In this document: in pieces, positions 28,458 to 36,566 of the stretch
How the letters are laid out: each line of letters opens with the position of its first letter
Numbering within the stretch: position 1 is the stretch's first letter
From: an uncultured Chthonomonadaceae bacterium
GTDB lineage: Bacteria; Armatimonadota; Chthonomonadetes; Chthonomonadales; CAJBBX01
DNA length: 64,000 nt
Assembly (NCBI GenBank): GCA_964429855.1
Contig: CAYSDM010000006.1
Span: 32,047 to 96,046 of the forward strand
Direction: 5' to 3'
The notes under the pieces: generated by a model
Database searches by the model: none
The model's input: only the letters and a program-made list of their open reading frames with translations
What the model was told of the DNA's origin: nothing
Translations under genes and position numbers: made by a program

Positions 28458-29270
28458 TCAGGCTTCCGCCGCAGAGGATGCCCGCGCGCCGACGAGAAAA
28501 TCGTCCAGATCGAACACAAACCCGAATGCCAGCGCGACCCGCCACAGCGCGATCTCCTTGCATCGCTGCTCCCGCGCCGTCTCCCGATTCTCGACGGCGG
28601 TGGTCGCCTGACGGATGGCGGAGCAGAGCAGCCCGCGCCCGCTCATCTCCGCCATGCCGCCCGGAGAGAGCAGCAGGCACCAGTTGATGGCAAATCCCGC
28701 ATAGATCAGGTGACTGACTCCCGCCTCCCGGCAGAGCGCAAAGAGTTGATGCCCGTTCTCCGCAATCCCCTCCGTCTCCAGCGGGCGCGCCTGCGGCGGA
28801 AAGTCCAGGTTCTGAAAGCCGCGCGCCACATCTGCCTCGTTGTGCCGCCCGACGAAGACATGCTCTGCGCGAAAGCGCCGCAGCCTCTCCAGCGAGGGAT
28901 CGGCGGGAATGCTCTCCGGCGCGGGGGGAGGCGAACCCGCCAGCGAAACCGCCCGTTGATAGCCAGGAAGATGACGGTAGTAGTCGCCTCCTCCCACCAC
29001 ATGAAACAGGTTCCAGCCGGCTCCGCGTACCGTCGCCAGCAGCGGAGGAAAGACCTTGCGGCAGATCTGCGCGGCGCGCGGAATATACTCCACGGCGCGA
29101 TGCCAGCCCGGATTGTCTGCAAACGTCCCGGTCTCCCAGGCGTGCATGACGACCAGCGCGGTATGCTCCTTCGGAACCTCGATCTCCGCCGTTTTCCAGC
29201 CGCCGTACCCTTCGCCGGGAATATCGCGGTCGTAGTCGGCATCGAACTGCTGATAGTAGTGGGCGCGCAC
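28458..29270 (-). CDS. Isochorismatase-like / cysteine-hydrolase-fold protein (divergent)
   Basis: HTALVVMHAWE beta-strand and VSHLIYAGFAINWCLL (nucleophile-Cys position) resemble the isochorismatase fold, but His replaces the usual Asp. The GTG start overlaps the heparinase stop by 1 nt (TAGTG) behind AGGAGGAG. Confidence 0.45.
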   Translation of the reverse strand: MRAHYYQQFDADYDRDIPGEGYGGWKTAEIEVPKEHTALVVMHAWETGTFADNPGWHRAVEYIPRAAQICRKVFPPLLATVRGAGWNLFHVVGGGDYYRHLPGYQRAVSLAGSPPPAPESIPADPSLERLRRFRAEHVFVGRHNEADVARGFQNLDFPPQARPLETEGIAENGHQLFALCREAGVSHLIYAGFAINWCLLLSPGGMAEMSGRGLLCSAIRQATTAVENRETAREQRCKEIALWRVALAFGFVFDLDDFLVGARASSAAEA

Positions 29271-32128
29271 TAATCTCCTCCTGTGATAATCTGTTCGACG
29301 GCGTCCGCCTCGCCCGCCGCAATCTCCGCCCTTGCCGAATCAAAACGGATTTCGATATACTCCACCGCGCGCTTCAGACGGATCTCCATCGCGCCGATCC
29401 GAACCGAACGCCCGCGGCATAACGCCACCCGCTCCACCGCTCCCGAAGCGTTCCGCCGAATCCAGCATAACTCTCCATCGAGCGTAACGTTCCACTCCCT
29501 CTGGATCAGCAGACGGTCTGCTGCGAGAGAGGGCGAGAGCGCGAGAGGATTCTCTGTGTCGGCAGCGATCAGCAGGTCCTGGCGTCCGTCATGCAGGCGC
29601 AGTTCAACCGCCGCGCAGGCGTCGGGGTAGACTGCGCCGCCGGGAGCCGTCAGCGGCAGGCGGCGTATCTGCGCGACCAGCGGCGTCTTCTCATATGGCT
29701 CCAGCACGCCGACGAAAGTGGAGGCAAGCGTCCCGGTTTCGACGCGGCGGCGCGTCATCACGCACGGTATCCATATCTCCGATGTATCCGTAAAGCCGGC
29801 GGGCGCGATCCACGCTTCCGCGAGAAAAGCCTGCGCGCCTTCCGTCAGATCGGTGAAACGCAGATGCCTCTCGGAGCCGGGAGGCAGATAGCGATGCCGG
29901 TCTTCGATCTTCCAGTCCACGCTCCAGCCGGTGGCAGGCGACGGATCGGTCTGGAAGTTGCGCATCTGGGTGTTGTGTGCGTAGTCCGGCGCAGGCTCCA
30001 GATTCAGCCCCTTCGCGGAGAGCGCTCCAAAGTGGCTGTGCAGAAAACGGGCATGATCGCGTCCGCCGACCACCCGGAAGATGTCCAGGACGTAGAAGTC
30101 GCTTTCGGAGATGTCTACCATCGCCAGCGCGCGTTCGAACTGCCTGCCGTTCACCATCTCCGGCCCGGAGGCGCGCACTGCGCGCAACTGTTTCCCCTCT
30201 GCCCAGAGCGTGGTTCTGCCAGCGGGAAGCCCCTCATACCCGGCGCGCTCCGCCATTGAACCCGCCTGACTGCGGTGATTCGCGCCGTCAATCGCCACCG
30301 TATTATGCGACGCCGTCATGGTGTACCAGCGGGCGCGCGGCGATCCCCATCCTCCGAACTGCACCGGGGGATATCCGAAATCCGGCAGCAGGTCCAGCCC
30401 CTTCGCGAACAGTCCGATATTCAGACCGTCGGCGTGGGCATGGTAGCCGCCCGAGTCGTAATCGAGCCAGAGCGCGCGGGCATTCGCCCCCTCTCCGCCG
30501 CGCAGAATCGCCAGATGCCAGGCGGTTTTGTTGACGCTGCCGAGTTTGATCACCGCGCCGTGCTGCGCGATCACCGTCTCGACGCGCCTCTGCAACGCCT
30601 CCGAATTCTCGGCAAAGAGATCGAATGGAAGTCCCCGGGCGCGGCTTCCGTTGGCGTGATAGAGCGCCTGCACATAAGCGACATCCCCGGTGATCTCGTA
30701 TAACTGCCAGAGAAAGGCGTGCATCGAAGGGGCGAGAGCCGCCGCCAGCGAGAGATCGTTCGGCGCAGGAAGGACGACGCCCGCATAGTGCGGAAAGCGC
30801 GCCCCGAAGGAGCCGGTATCGCCCACCTGTGGATAGTACTGCTGGAAGCACCAGGTATCTATAAAGAATCGCCAGGTCTGCCGTAGAGAGGGATTGCGGC
30901 GGAAGAGCGCGGGAAGAAAGTCCGGCTCGATCCGGGAGTACTGTCCCAGCAGAATCGCCAGCCCCTGAATGGTGTAGGCGGAGTATCCGGCAAGCCCTTT
31001 CTCGCCCGTTACGCCGTCCACCGCCGTCGCCTTGCCGATCACCGCGTCCAGTTGGGTCATCACCGCTTCGCGGTTTGCGGGCCAGTCGAGTATGGTCTGG
31101 ATCGTCAACGCCGCGATCTCGGTGCGCGGATAGTTGGAGTATATCTTCTCGCGGCTGGCGAGGGCGTCGCGCAGTATTCCCGCCTCGATATGCCTGAGCA
31201 CCTGTGCGCCGGTCGGCTTCGGCGCGGCGATGTCGTGCGGTTTCGCCTTCCTTGAGAGAAAGTCGGCAAGTTTTGCATCCTGTCCGACTGCCTCCCGTAC
31301 CTGATCGTAAGCCAGCGCCAGTTCGCGGGTCTCCTCGCAGGCGTCATGCCAGGTAGAGACGTAGCCGGAACGCCCCTTCTCCTCGTAGACCAGCCCCTGC
31401 TTGCCGAAATCCATCGTCGGATAGAGATCGGCGATGCGGTGCAGCAGCACGCCCGCCTTATGCGCGTAGACCGGATCACGGGTGACGGTGTAGGCGGCCG
31501 CCAGCTTCTTCACTCCTTCTACAATCGCCTGCTTCCACTGCCCGTAGATCAGGTAAGCCCCGATAAACCGCCAGCGATTCTCTCCCTCCACATAGCCTTC
31601 GCCGTCGTCCACCCCGAAACGGTGCAGCCGGTCTTTCGGGTCGGGATGCGCGGCATTGTAGAGCAGGGAGCGGTCGGCGCGTTTCGGATTAAAAACCCCG
31701 GCTTTATCCAGCCCGGATCGGTAGAAACGCTCGAAGTCGTTGGTCGGGAAGAGCGCGCGGCAGTGCGGGCAGCGTGTCTTCCAGGGATGTTGGAGGGCGT
31801 CCATCTCCCAGGCGTACATCGGAACCGGCGCTTTGCAGGCAGGGCAGTGACCGTTCGACCAGACCATCCAGGAGCGGGTGATCGTGCTGCCGAACATCAG
31901 GCTCCAGAGCCGTTCATCCGACATCCGTTTCCAGGGCTGCGCCGCCGCGATGATCTGCTTCTGTACGGATGCCGCCCAGGGGTCTTTCCGAACGTTGTCG
32001 CGAACGCGGTCTGTCAGGGTTTTCGGAAAAAAGACGCTCCTCCTGTCGGCGGCGTGGGTCTGCGCGTGCAGGCAGGCGCAGATCAGCATGGGCAGGAGAG
32101 CCATCCACAAGATCAGCTTCCAGGTCAT
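29270..32128 (-). CDS. Secreted heparinase II/III-family (polysaccharide lyase-like) protein
   Basis: Start at MTWKLILWMALLPMLICA (signal peptide; GGGAGA RBS). YHAHADGLNIGLFAKGLDLLPDFGYP...SHNTVAIDG is the Hepar_II_III signature. N-terminal alpha-toroid region with an inserted CPAC...CPHC pair. Confidence 0.8.
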   Translation of the reverse strand: MTWKLILWMALLPMLICACLHAQTHAADRRSVFFPKTLTDRVRDNVRKDPWAASVQKQIIAAAQPWKRMSDERLWSLMFGSTITRSWMVWSNGHCPACKAPVPMYAWEMDALQHPWKTRCPHCRALFPTNDFERFYRSGLDKAGVFNPKRADRSLLYNAAHPDPKDRLHRFGVDDGEGYVEGENRWRFIGAYLIYGQWKQAIVEGVKKLAAAYTVTRDPVYAHKAGVLLHRIADLYPTMDFGKQGLVYEEKGRSGYVSTWHDACEETRELALAYDQVREAVGQDAKLADFLSRKAKPHDIAAPKPTGAQVLRHIEAGILRDALASREKIYSNYPRTEIAALTIQTILDWPANREAVMTQLDAVIGKATAVDGVTGEKGLAGYSAYTIQGLAILLGQYSRIEPDFLPALFRRNPSLRQTWRFFIDTWCFQQYYPQVGDTGSFGARFPHYAGVVLPAPNDLSLAAALAPSMHAFLWQLYEITGDVAYVQALYHANGSRARGLPFDLFAENSEALQRRVETVIAQHGAVIKLGSVNKTAWHLAILRGGEGANARALWLDYDSGGYHAHADGLNIGLFAKGLDLLPDFGYPPVQFGGWGSPRARWYTMTASHNTVAIDGANHRSQAGSMAERAGYEGLPAGRTTLWAEGKQLRAVRASGPEMVNGRQFERALAMVDISESDFYVLDIFRVVGGRDHARFLHSHFGALSAKGLNLEPAPDYAHNTQMRNFQTDPSPATGWSVDWKIEDRHRYLPPGSERHLRFTDLTEGAQAFLAEAWIAPAGFTDTSEIWIPCVMTRRRVETGTLASTFVGVLEPYEKTPLVAQIRRLPLTAPGGAVYPDACAAVELRLHDGRQDLLIAADTENPLALSPSLAADRLLIQREWNVTLDGELCWIRRNASGAVERVALCRGRSVRIGAMEIRLKRAVEYIEIRFDSARAEIAAGEADAVEQIITGGD

Positions 32129-32193
32129 AACGCATCTCCCGGCGCAAACAGGCGCATTCTCAGCAGGATAAATCAATACCCTACTGTTTCCTC

Positions 32194-32221
32194 TAAAGAC
32201 CCTGCGGCTCCTTCCCGATAA
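32194..32221 (+). promoter_or_regulatory. Sigma-28 (FliA)-type promoter candidate upstream of fliK
   Basis: TAAA (32194-97), 16 nt, CCCGATAA (32214-21). The consensus is TAAA-N15-GCCGATAA. It sits about 40 nt upstream of the fliK start. Confidence 0.5.
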
Positions 32222-32260
32222 TGCAGGCAGGTAAAAATGCCAGGAAAGGAGGTGAATGAA

Positions 32261-35200
32261 ATGACACAGGGCACACCGATGATAACGCTTTTCCCCGGCG
32301 CGCCCCCGGTTTCCGGTCTTCCCGTATCCCATCCAGCGGTTGGCGAAGACGCCAGTCCGTTTGCGAATCTGTTTGCACAGTGGGCTGATCCTGCCACCGG
32401 CGCGCCGATCCAGCTCAATCCGGAAATCGCCTACACTCCCCTTCCTGCTGCGGCGGTTCTGCCGAAAAACGCCGCTTTTCCGGTCGTACAGACCGTGAAA
32501 GAGACGCCGGAAACGCAGACACAGACGGAGCCTGAGACGACGATGTCGAACAGTCCGCTCTGGATGGCCATGGCGGGAGCCGTTCTGACGCCTGCGCCCT
32601 CTGCGCCGATCCGCCTGCCGGAGGCAGAGAAGACGATCCTGCAGACCTCTCCGACGACGGAGATCAGGGTTGTACGTCCCTTACATCCGGGAGCGGCGCC
32701 GACGTTCCTGCTCTCTGGAGGAGCAGCGGATTCGATTCCTGCGGCAGCCGTATTGCCTGCCGTGAATGCGCCTGCCGTTCCTTCCGCAGGATCGCCAAAC
32801 CCGGAGCAGATCGCCGCGACAAAGCCTCCTGAAGAGAGGCTCCTGTCAGTCAAACAGGCGGAATCTCCGCCGGGACGCGCCGAAGCAAGTGTTCCGGCTC
32901 CGGTAAGAGGCGCGCCGCCTCCAACCGAGAAACCGCCGCCCGAACCGCGCATTCCACAACCGATACCGAATAGTTCGATGCAAGCGCCGGAGGTGGACGC
33001 CGTATCAAAGACGATCGGCGAACCGAAAGCCCCCCTCTCCTTCCCAATAGAACTGCCGGAAGGCTCTACGCCCGTCGCGCCGTCTTTAGAAACGGGCGCC
33101 GCGCCGTCGGCTTCCCTGTCTGCGGAAGCGAAACCAGCCCCATCCATTCCCTCTGATGTGGAGGCGAAGCCGGTTCAGCCGATGCCGTCGCCCGCCCCCG
33201 CGCCTGCTCTGACGGAGGAGCCTGCCCTCCCGCAACAGACTCCGGTGACATCCTTCGTTTCCAGACCGGAAGATCCTGCGATTGTCTCCGCGCCGATCTC
33301 TTCGCCTGCATCGGGAACGGCTCCGCCAGAGGAACCGCTCGTATCGGTGACAACAGGCAGACCGGAGGAGATACACGGCGAGCAGATGACGGCTCCACAG
33401 GCAACCGATTCGCCTGTGCCTTCGATACAGGCATCGAAAACGCCCTCCGCGCCGCGCCACGAACCTCACTCCGTTCCGAAATCGTCTCCGCGGGAAGCCG
33501 GAGCGGTTTACGTCCACGAACCGTCGGCTCCCGCCTCGATAGCCGCTGTTCGGGAGACGACGAAACCTTCTGCGGTAACCGCATCTCCGGCAGCGGTAAC
33601 CGCATCTCCGGCAGCGGTAACCGCATCTCCGGCGGTGGCTGTGCCAACGATTGTAACTGAAACACCTGCGGCAGCAGCGCCGCAGATGGCAGGATCACAG
33701 GCGGAAACTCCCCTGCATCCCTCCGTTCCTCAAAGCGGGAGAGCTGCGCATACGACTCCGGCGGAAGCGCGACCGACGACGATGACCGAACCGGAACGTA
33801 CCATCGAGACGATTCGGGCGACGAAACCTGCCCCGGCTCCTGCAGCATCCGCGCCGCACAGGGCTGTCACGTCTCAGGCGTCGGTCCTGCCGGGAGAGGT
33901 CGTGGAAACGCCAACCCCGGTGCGTCCGGTTACGCTGCGCGGCGTTTCGTTATTCCCGGCAGAGGCTCCATCCAAGCCGGTTGCGGAGGCTCCCGCCACG
34001 CCCGTTACTGCTCTCAAAGCAGCGGCATCCAGTCCAGCGGCGGAGGTTCAGAGAGAGGCGCCGCATCCCGCGCTGCACGCCGTTCCCATGCTGGATCGTG
34101 TGGGGAGAGAGGCGGTTCTCCCGGAGAAGGGTATCCTGACTGCCGGGAAAATAGCGGTTCTTATACCGGACACAACCGTTTCAGAACCTTACACAGGTCC
34201 GGCTGCCAACGAAGCGAACCCAACTCCGTCGGCTGCGCCGGGCAGTTCGGTAACGGTTAAACCTCGCGCAGAGATAGCCTCAACGGCGGTTATCGCTCCA
34301 GACGCGCCAGGGCCCGCGATGACTGCAAACAAAACCGGAACATCGGTTCCATTGCAGACGAGCGTTGAGGCGCATCCGATCCTGGTCTCTCCGAAGTCGG
34401 CGGCGCCATCCGCATCGGTTGTCGGAGGATCAACCAACCTGTCTCCTGAGTCCAGACCGGAGCCGAGATCAGCACGGACGACAATCCCGTCTAACACCGG
34501 AACAACGATAACATTCACGCTGGAACAGTCTGGCGAGACGACACCGGATACGGCAAAGGCGGCGGCAGTTCTAAGCCTGTCGAAAGCCTCCTCCGACGCA
34601 CAGCCTCTTCTGCAGGTACCGCCGTCCAGCTTTGCAAAGCAGACAGAGACTGCGACGGGGACAGGCGCAGGACAGTCCGAGTCCGACTCTCCATCCGAAG
34701 GAGAGCGTGATCTCCCCGGCGTTCGGGAGCATGCAGCCGTCAGAACGGGACGCGCAATGATGCCGGAGACGGTTAAACAGGAGACCGTTTCCGAAAATCG
34801 GCATCTGTCTGCGAAGACCGAAACGGCGGCGACAACCCCCTCACCGGTGACGGAACGCTCGAATCCTCTGATAAATCGTCATGAGGCGGTTCTGGAGGAG
34901 GAGGTAACCGTCCTGCAGACGCGCGCCGAGACGCAGCGAACCGCCGGAGAGACGCTCTTCCGCAGGGGGATGCCCAGAGAGGGCGCGGATCGCTCTGACC
35001 CGATGAGCAGCCCCGCGCCGGTCGCTTCCGATCCCGTCACTGCCGATGCCGGAGGAGAACAGAAGCCTGCCGCAGCGCCCGGTACGGCATCTGCCCATGT
35101 CTCCCCGACCGCGCAGGCGGAACGGGCAGAGACGCCTTCCTCCGTCGGGCAGCAGGATCGCGTTCGCGTGGTGGAACAGGTTCTTCAGAAGCTGGATACC

Positions 35201-35590
35201 ATGCGGCTGACACAGGGGCGGCAGGAGATCACCCTGCACCTGAAGCCGGAGCATCTCGGGCAGTTGCAGGTAACTATCGTCACGGATCGCGAGAACGTCT
35301 TCGCGAGGATTGTGGCGGAGACCCCGCAAATCCGTCAGGCGGTGGAATCGGGGCGGGATGCGCTGCGGGATGCGCTGGAGCAGAAAGGGCTGACCCTTCA
35401 GCAGATGGATGTCTCCTCGCAGCAGGGACATGGCGGCGGTCGGCAGATGCCGTTCATTCCCGATCCATACGCTTCCGGGGCGCGCCCCTACCGTATGCCC
35501 GGTCTTTCTACGGCGGAGGAGACCGAAGCCTCCCATCAGGCTGTCATCACGCAGTCGCGCCTGACGGGACGTTTGGACTATGTCGCATAA
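32261..35590 (+). CDS. fliK: Flagellar hook-length control protein FliK, unusually long (about 1109 aa)
   Basis: GGAGGTG RBS 6 nt before ATG 32261. The C-terminal Flg_hook/T3S4 domain is ITLHLKPEHLGQLQVTIVTDRENVFARIVAETPQIRQAVE...LEQKGLTLQQMDVS. The rest is Pro/Ala/Thr/Ser-rich low complexity. Followed by flgD. Confidence 0.8.
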   Translation: MTQGTPMITLFPGAPPVSGLPVSHPAVGEDASPFANLFAQWADPATGAPIQLNPEIAYTPLPAAAVLPKNAAFPVVQTVKETPETQTQTEPETTMSNSPLWMAMAGAVLTPAPSAPIRLPEAEKTILQTSPTTEIRVVRPLHPGAAPTFLLSGGAADSIPAAAVLPAVNAPAVPSAGSPNPEQIAATKPPEERLLSVKQAESPPGRAEASVPAPVRGAPPPTEKPPPEPRIPQPIPNSSMQAPEVDAVSKTIGEPKAPLSFPIELPEGSTPVAPSLETGAAPSASLSAEAKPAPSIPSDVEAKPVQPMPSPAPAPALTEEPALPQQTPVTSFVSRPEDPAIVSAPISSPASGTAPPEEPLVSVTTGRPEEIHGEQMTAPQATDSPVPSIQASKTPSAPRHEPHSVPKSSPREAGAVYVHEPSAPASIAAVRETTKPSAVTASPAAVTASPAAVTASPAVAVPTIVTETPAAAAPQMAGSQAETPLHPSVPQSGRAAHTTPAEARPTTMTEPERTIETIRATKPAPAPAASAPHRAVTSQASVLPGEVVETPTPVRPVTLRGVSLFPAEAPSKPVAEAPATPVTALKAAASSPAAEVQREAPHPALHAVPMLDRVGREAVLPEKGILTAGKIAVLIPDTTVSEPYTGPAANEANPTPSAAPGSSVTVKPRAEIASTAVIAPDAPGPAMTANKTGTSVPLQTSVEAHPILVSPKSAAPSASVVGGSTNLSPESRPEPRSARTTIPSNTGTTITFTLEQSGETTPDTAKAAAVLSLSKASSDAQPLLQVPPSSFAKQTETATGTGAGQSESDSPSEGERDLPGVREHAAVRTGRAMMPETVKQETVSENRHLSAKTETAATTPSPVTERSNPLINRHEAVLEEEVTVLQTRAETQRTAGETLFRRGMPREGADRSDPMSSPAPVASDPVTADAGGEQKPAAAPGTASAHVSPTAQAERAETPSSVGQQDRVRVVEQVLQKLDTMRLTQGRQEITLHLKPEHLGQLQVTIVTDRENVFARIVAETPQIRQAVESGRDALRDALEQKGLTLQQMDVSSQQGHGGGRQMPFIPDPYASGARPYRMPGLSTAEETEASHQAVITQSRLTGRLDYVA
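33572..33634 (+). repeat. 3 x 21 bp in-frame tandem repeat inside fliK (AVTASPA x3)
   Basis: gcggtaaccgcatctccggca repeated three times; the last unit ends in g. Confidence 0.9.
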
Positions 35591-35611
35591 GCGAGAAAGG
35601 AGCCGTAAACC

Positions 35612-36007
35612 ATGGAGACTTCCGGGATTGGCAGTCTCAACGGAAGCCCGACGATCGTTGAGGCGAATGCGGGAAACCGACGGCTGGGGCAGGAGGAGTT
35701 CCTGAAACTGCTCATTACCCAGATGACGCACCAGGATCCGCTCTCGCCGCAGGAGGACAGAGAGTTCATCGCGCAGATGGCGCAGTTCTCCTCTTTGGAG
35801 AGCGCAAACAGCGTGAGCCGGATGATGAGCCGCCTGCAGGGAACCAGTCTTCTGGGCAGGACGGTCGAGGGGAGCTACCTCGAAAACGGAGCGATGGTTC
35901 CGATCTCCGGCGTTGTAACGTCGGTGCGCTTTGACCGGGACAACATCCTGCTGAAAGTAAAAGACCGCGAACTGACATTGGATCAGATCGGTCTGGTTCG
36001 CGAATAG
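35612..36007 (+). CDS. flgD: Flagellar hook assembly (capping) protein FlgD
   Basis: LGQEEFLKLLITQMTHQDPLSPQEDREFIAQMAQFSSLE is the FlgD N-terminal signature. AAAGGAG RBS. Confidence 0.9.
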   Translation: METSGIGSLNGSPTIVEANAGNRRLGQEEFLKLLITQMTHQDPLSPQEDREFIAQMAQFSSLESANSVSRMMSRLQGTSLLGRTVEGSYLENGAMVPISGVVTSVRFDRDNILLKVKDRELTLDQIGLVRE

Positions 36008-36016
36008 GAGACGAGA

Positions 36017-36424
36017 ATGGCGGACCCGGTACGCATTGAGGAACGGTTGATCGGTAACCCGACGGCAGTTACCGGCGCGTCTGCGCCGCGTCCCGCCGCG
36101 CGACCGGCGCGCTCCGGCGGACCGTCTTTCGATCAGGTCTTGCAGGAGGCGCAGCGCGCACAGTCTACCGGTACGCTGAAATTCTCGGCGCATGCCCAGA
36201 CCCGGATGCAGTCGCGACAGATTGCATTAAGTGGCCCCGACCTTCAACGCATCGAAGGAGCCGTCCAGAAAGCCGCCGGGAAAGGGGCGCGTGAGTCGCT
36301 GATCCTGCTCGATCAGACCGCGCTGGTAGTCAGTATTCCGAACCGCACCGTGATCACGGTGGTGGATCGGGAGAATCTCAAGCAGAACGTCTTTACCAAC
36401 ATTGACAGCGCCGTTATCGCCTGA
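36017..36424 (+). CDS. Small flagellar-operon protein (TIGR02530-like, between flgD and flgE)
   Basis: 135 aa. SFDQVLQEA...LKFSAHAQTRMQSRQI...LILLDQTALVVSIPNRTVITVVD resembles the conserved 'flagellar operon protein' of Firmicutes and spirochaetes. Its position supports this. Confidence 0.55.
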   Translation: MADPVRIEERLIGNPTAVTGASAPRPAARPARSGGPSFDQVLQEAQRAQSTGTLKFSAHAQTRMQSRQIALSGPDLQRIEGAVQKAAGKGARESLILLDQTALVVSIPNRTVITVVDRENLKQNVFTNIDSAVIA

Positions 36425-36566
36425 GTAAGCCGTTCTCGCTCGATAGAATGACGTTAATCTTTTCGGACACATAGATTACACATGGGCTGGACCGCCGTTG
36501 AAGAGGACGCGGAAGCCCGCGCCCCGGAGTGAATGAAGGGGCAATACCTTACGGAGGTCAACAATT

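Noticed and set aside
32129-32332. Upstream extension of the heparinase-like ORF (MGYGKTGNRG...)
   Set aside because: The extension would run through the fliK promoter region and lacks an RBS. The internal MTWKLILWMALLPML start gives a proper signal peptide.
34841-36193. 450-aa minus-strand ORF opposite fliK/flgD
   Set aside because: It lies antisense to genes with unmistakable flagellar motifs, has Arg-rich shadow-frame composition, and lacks an RBS.
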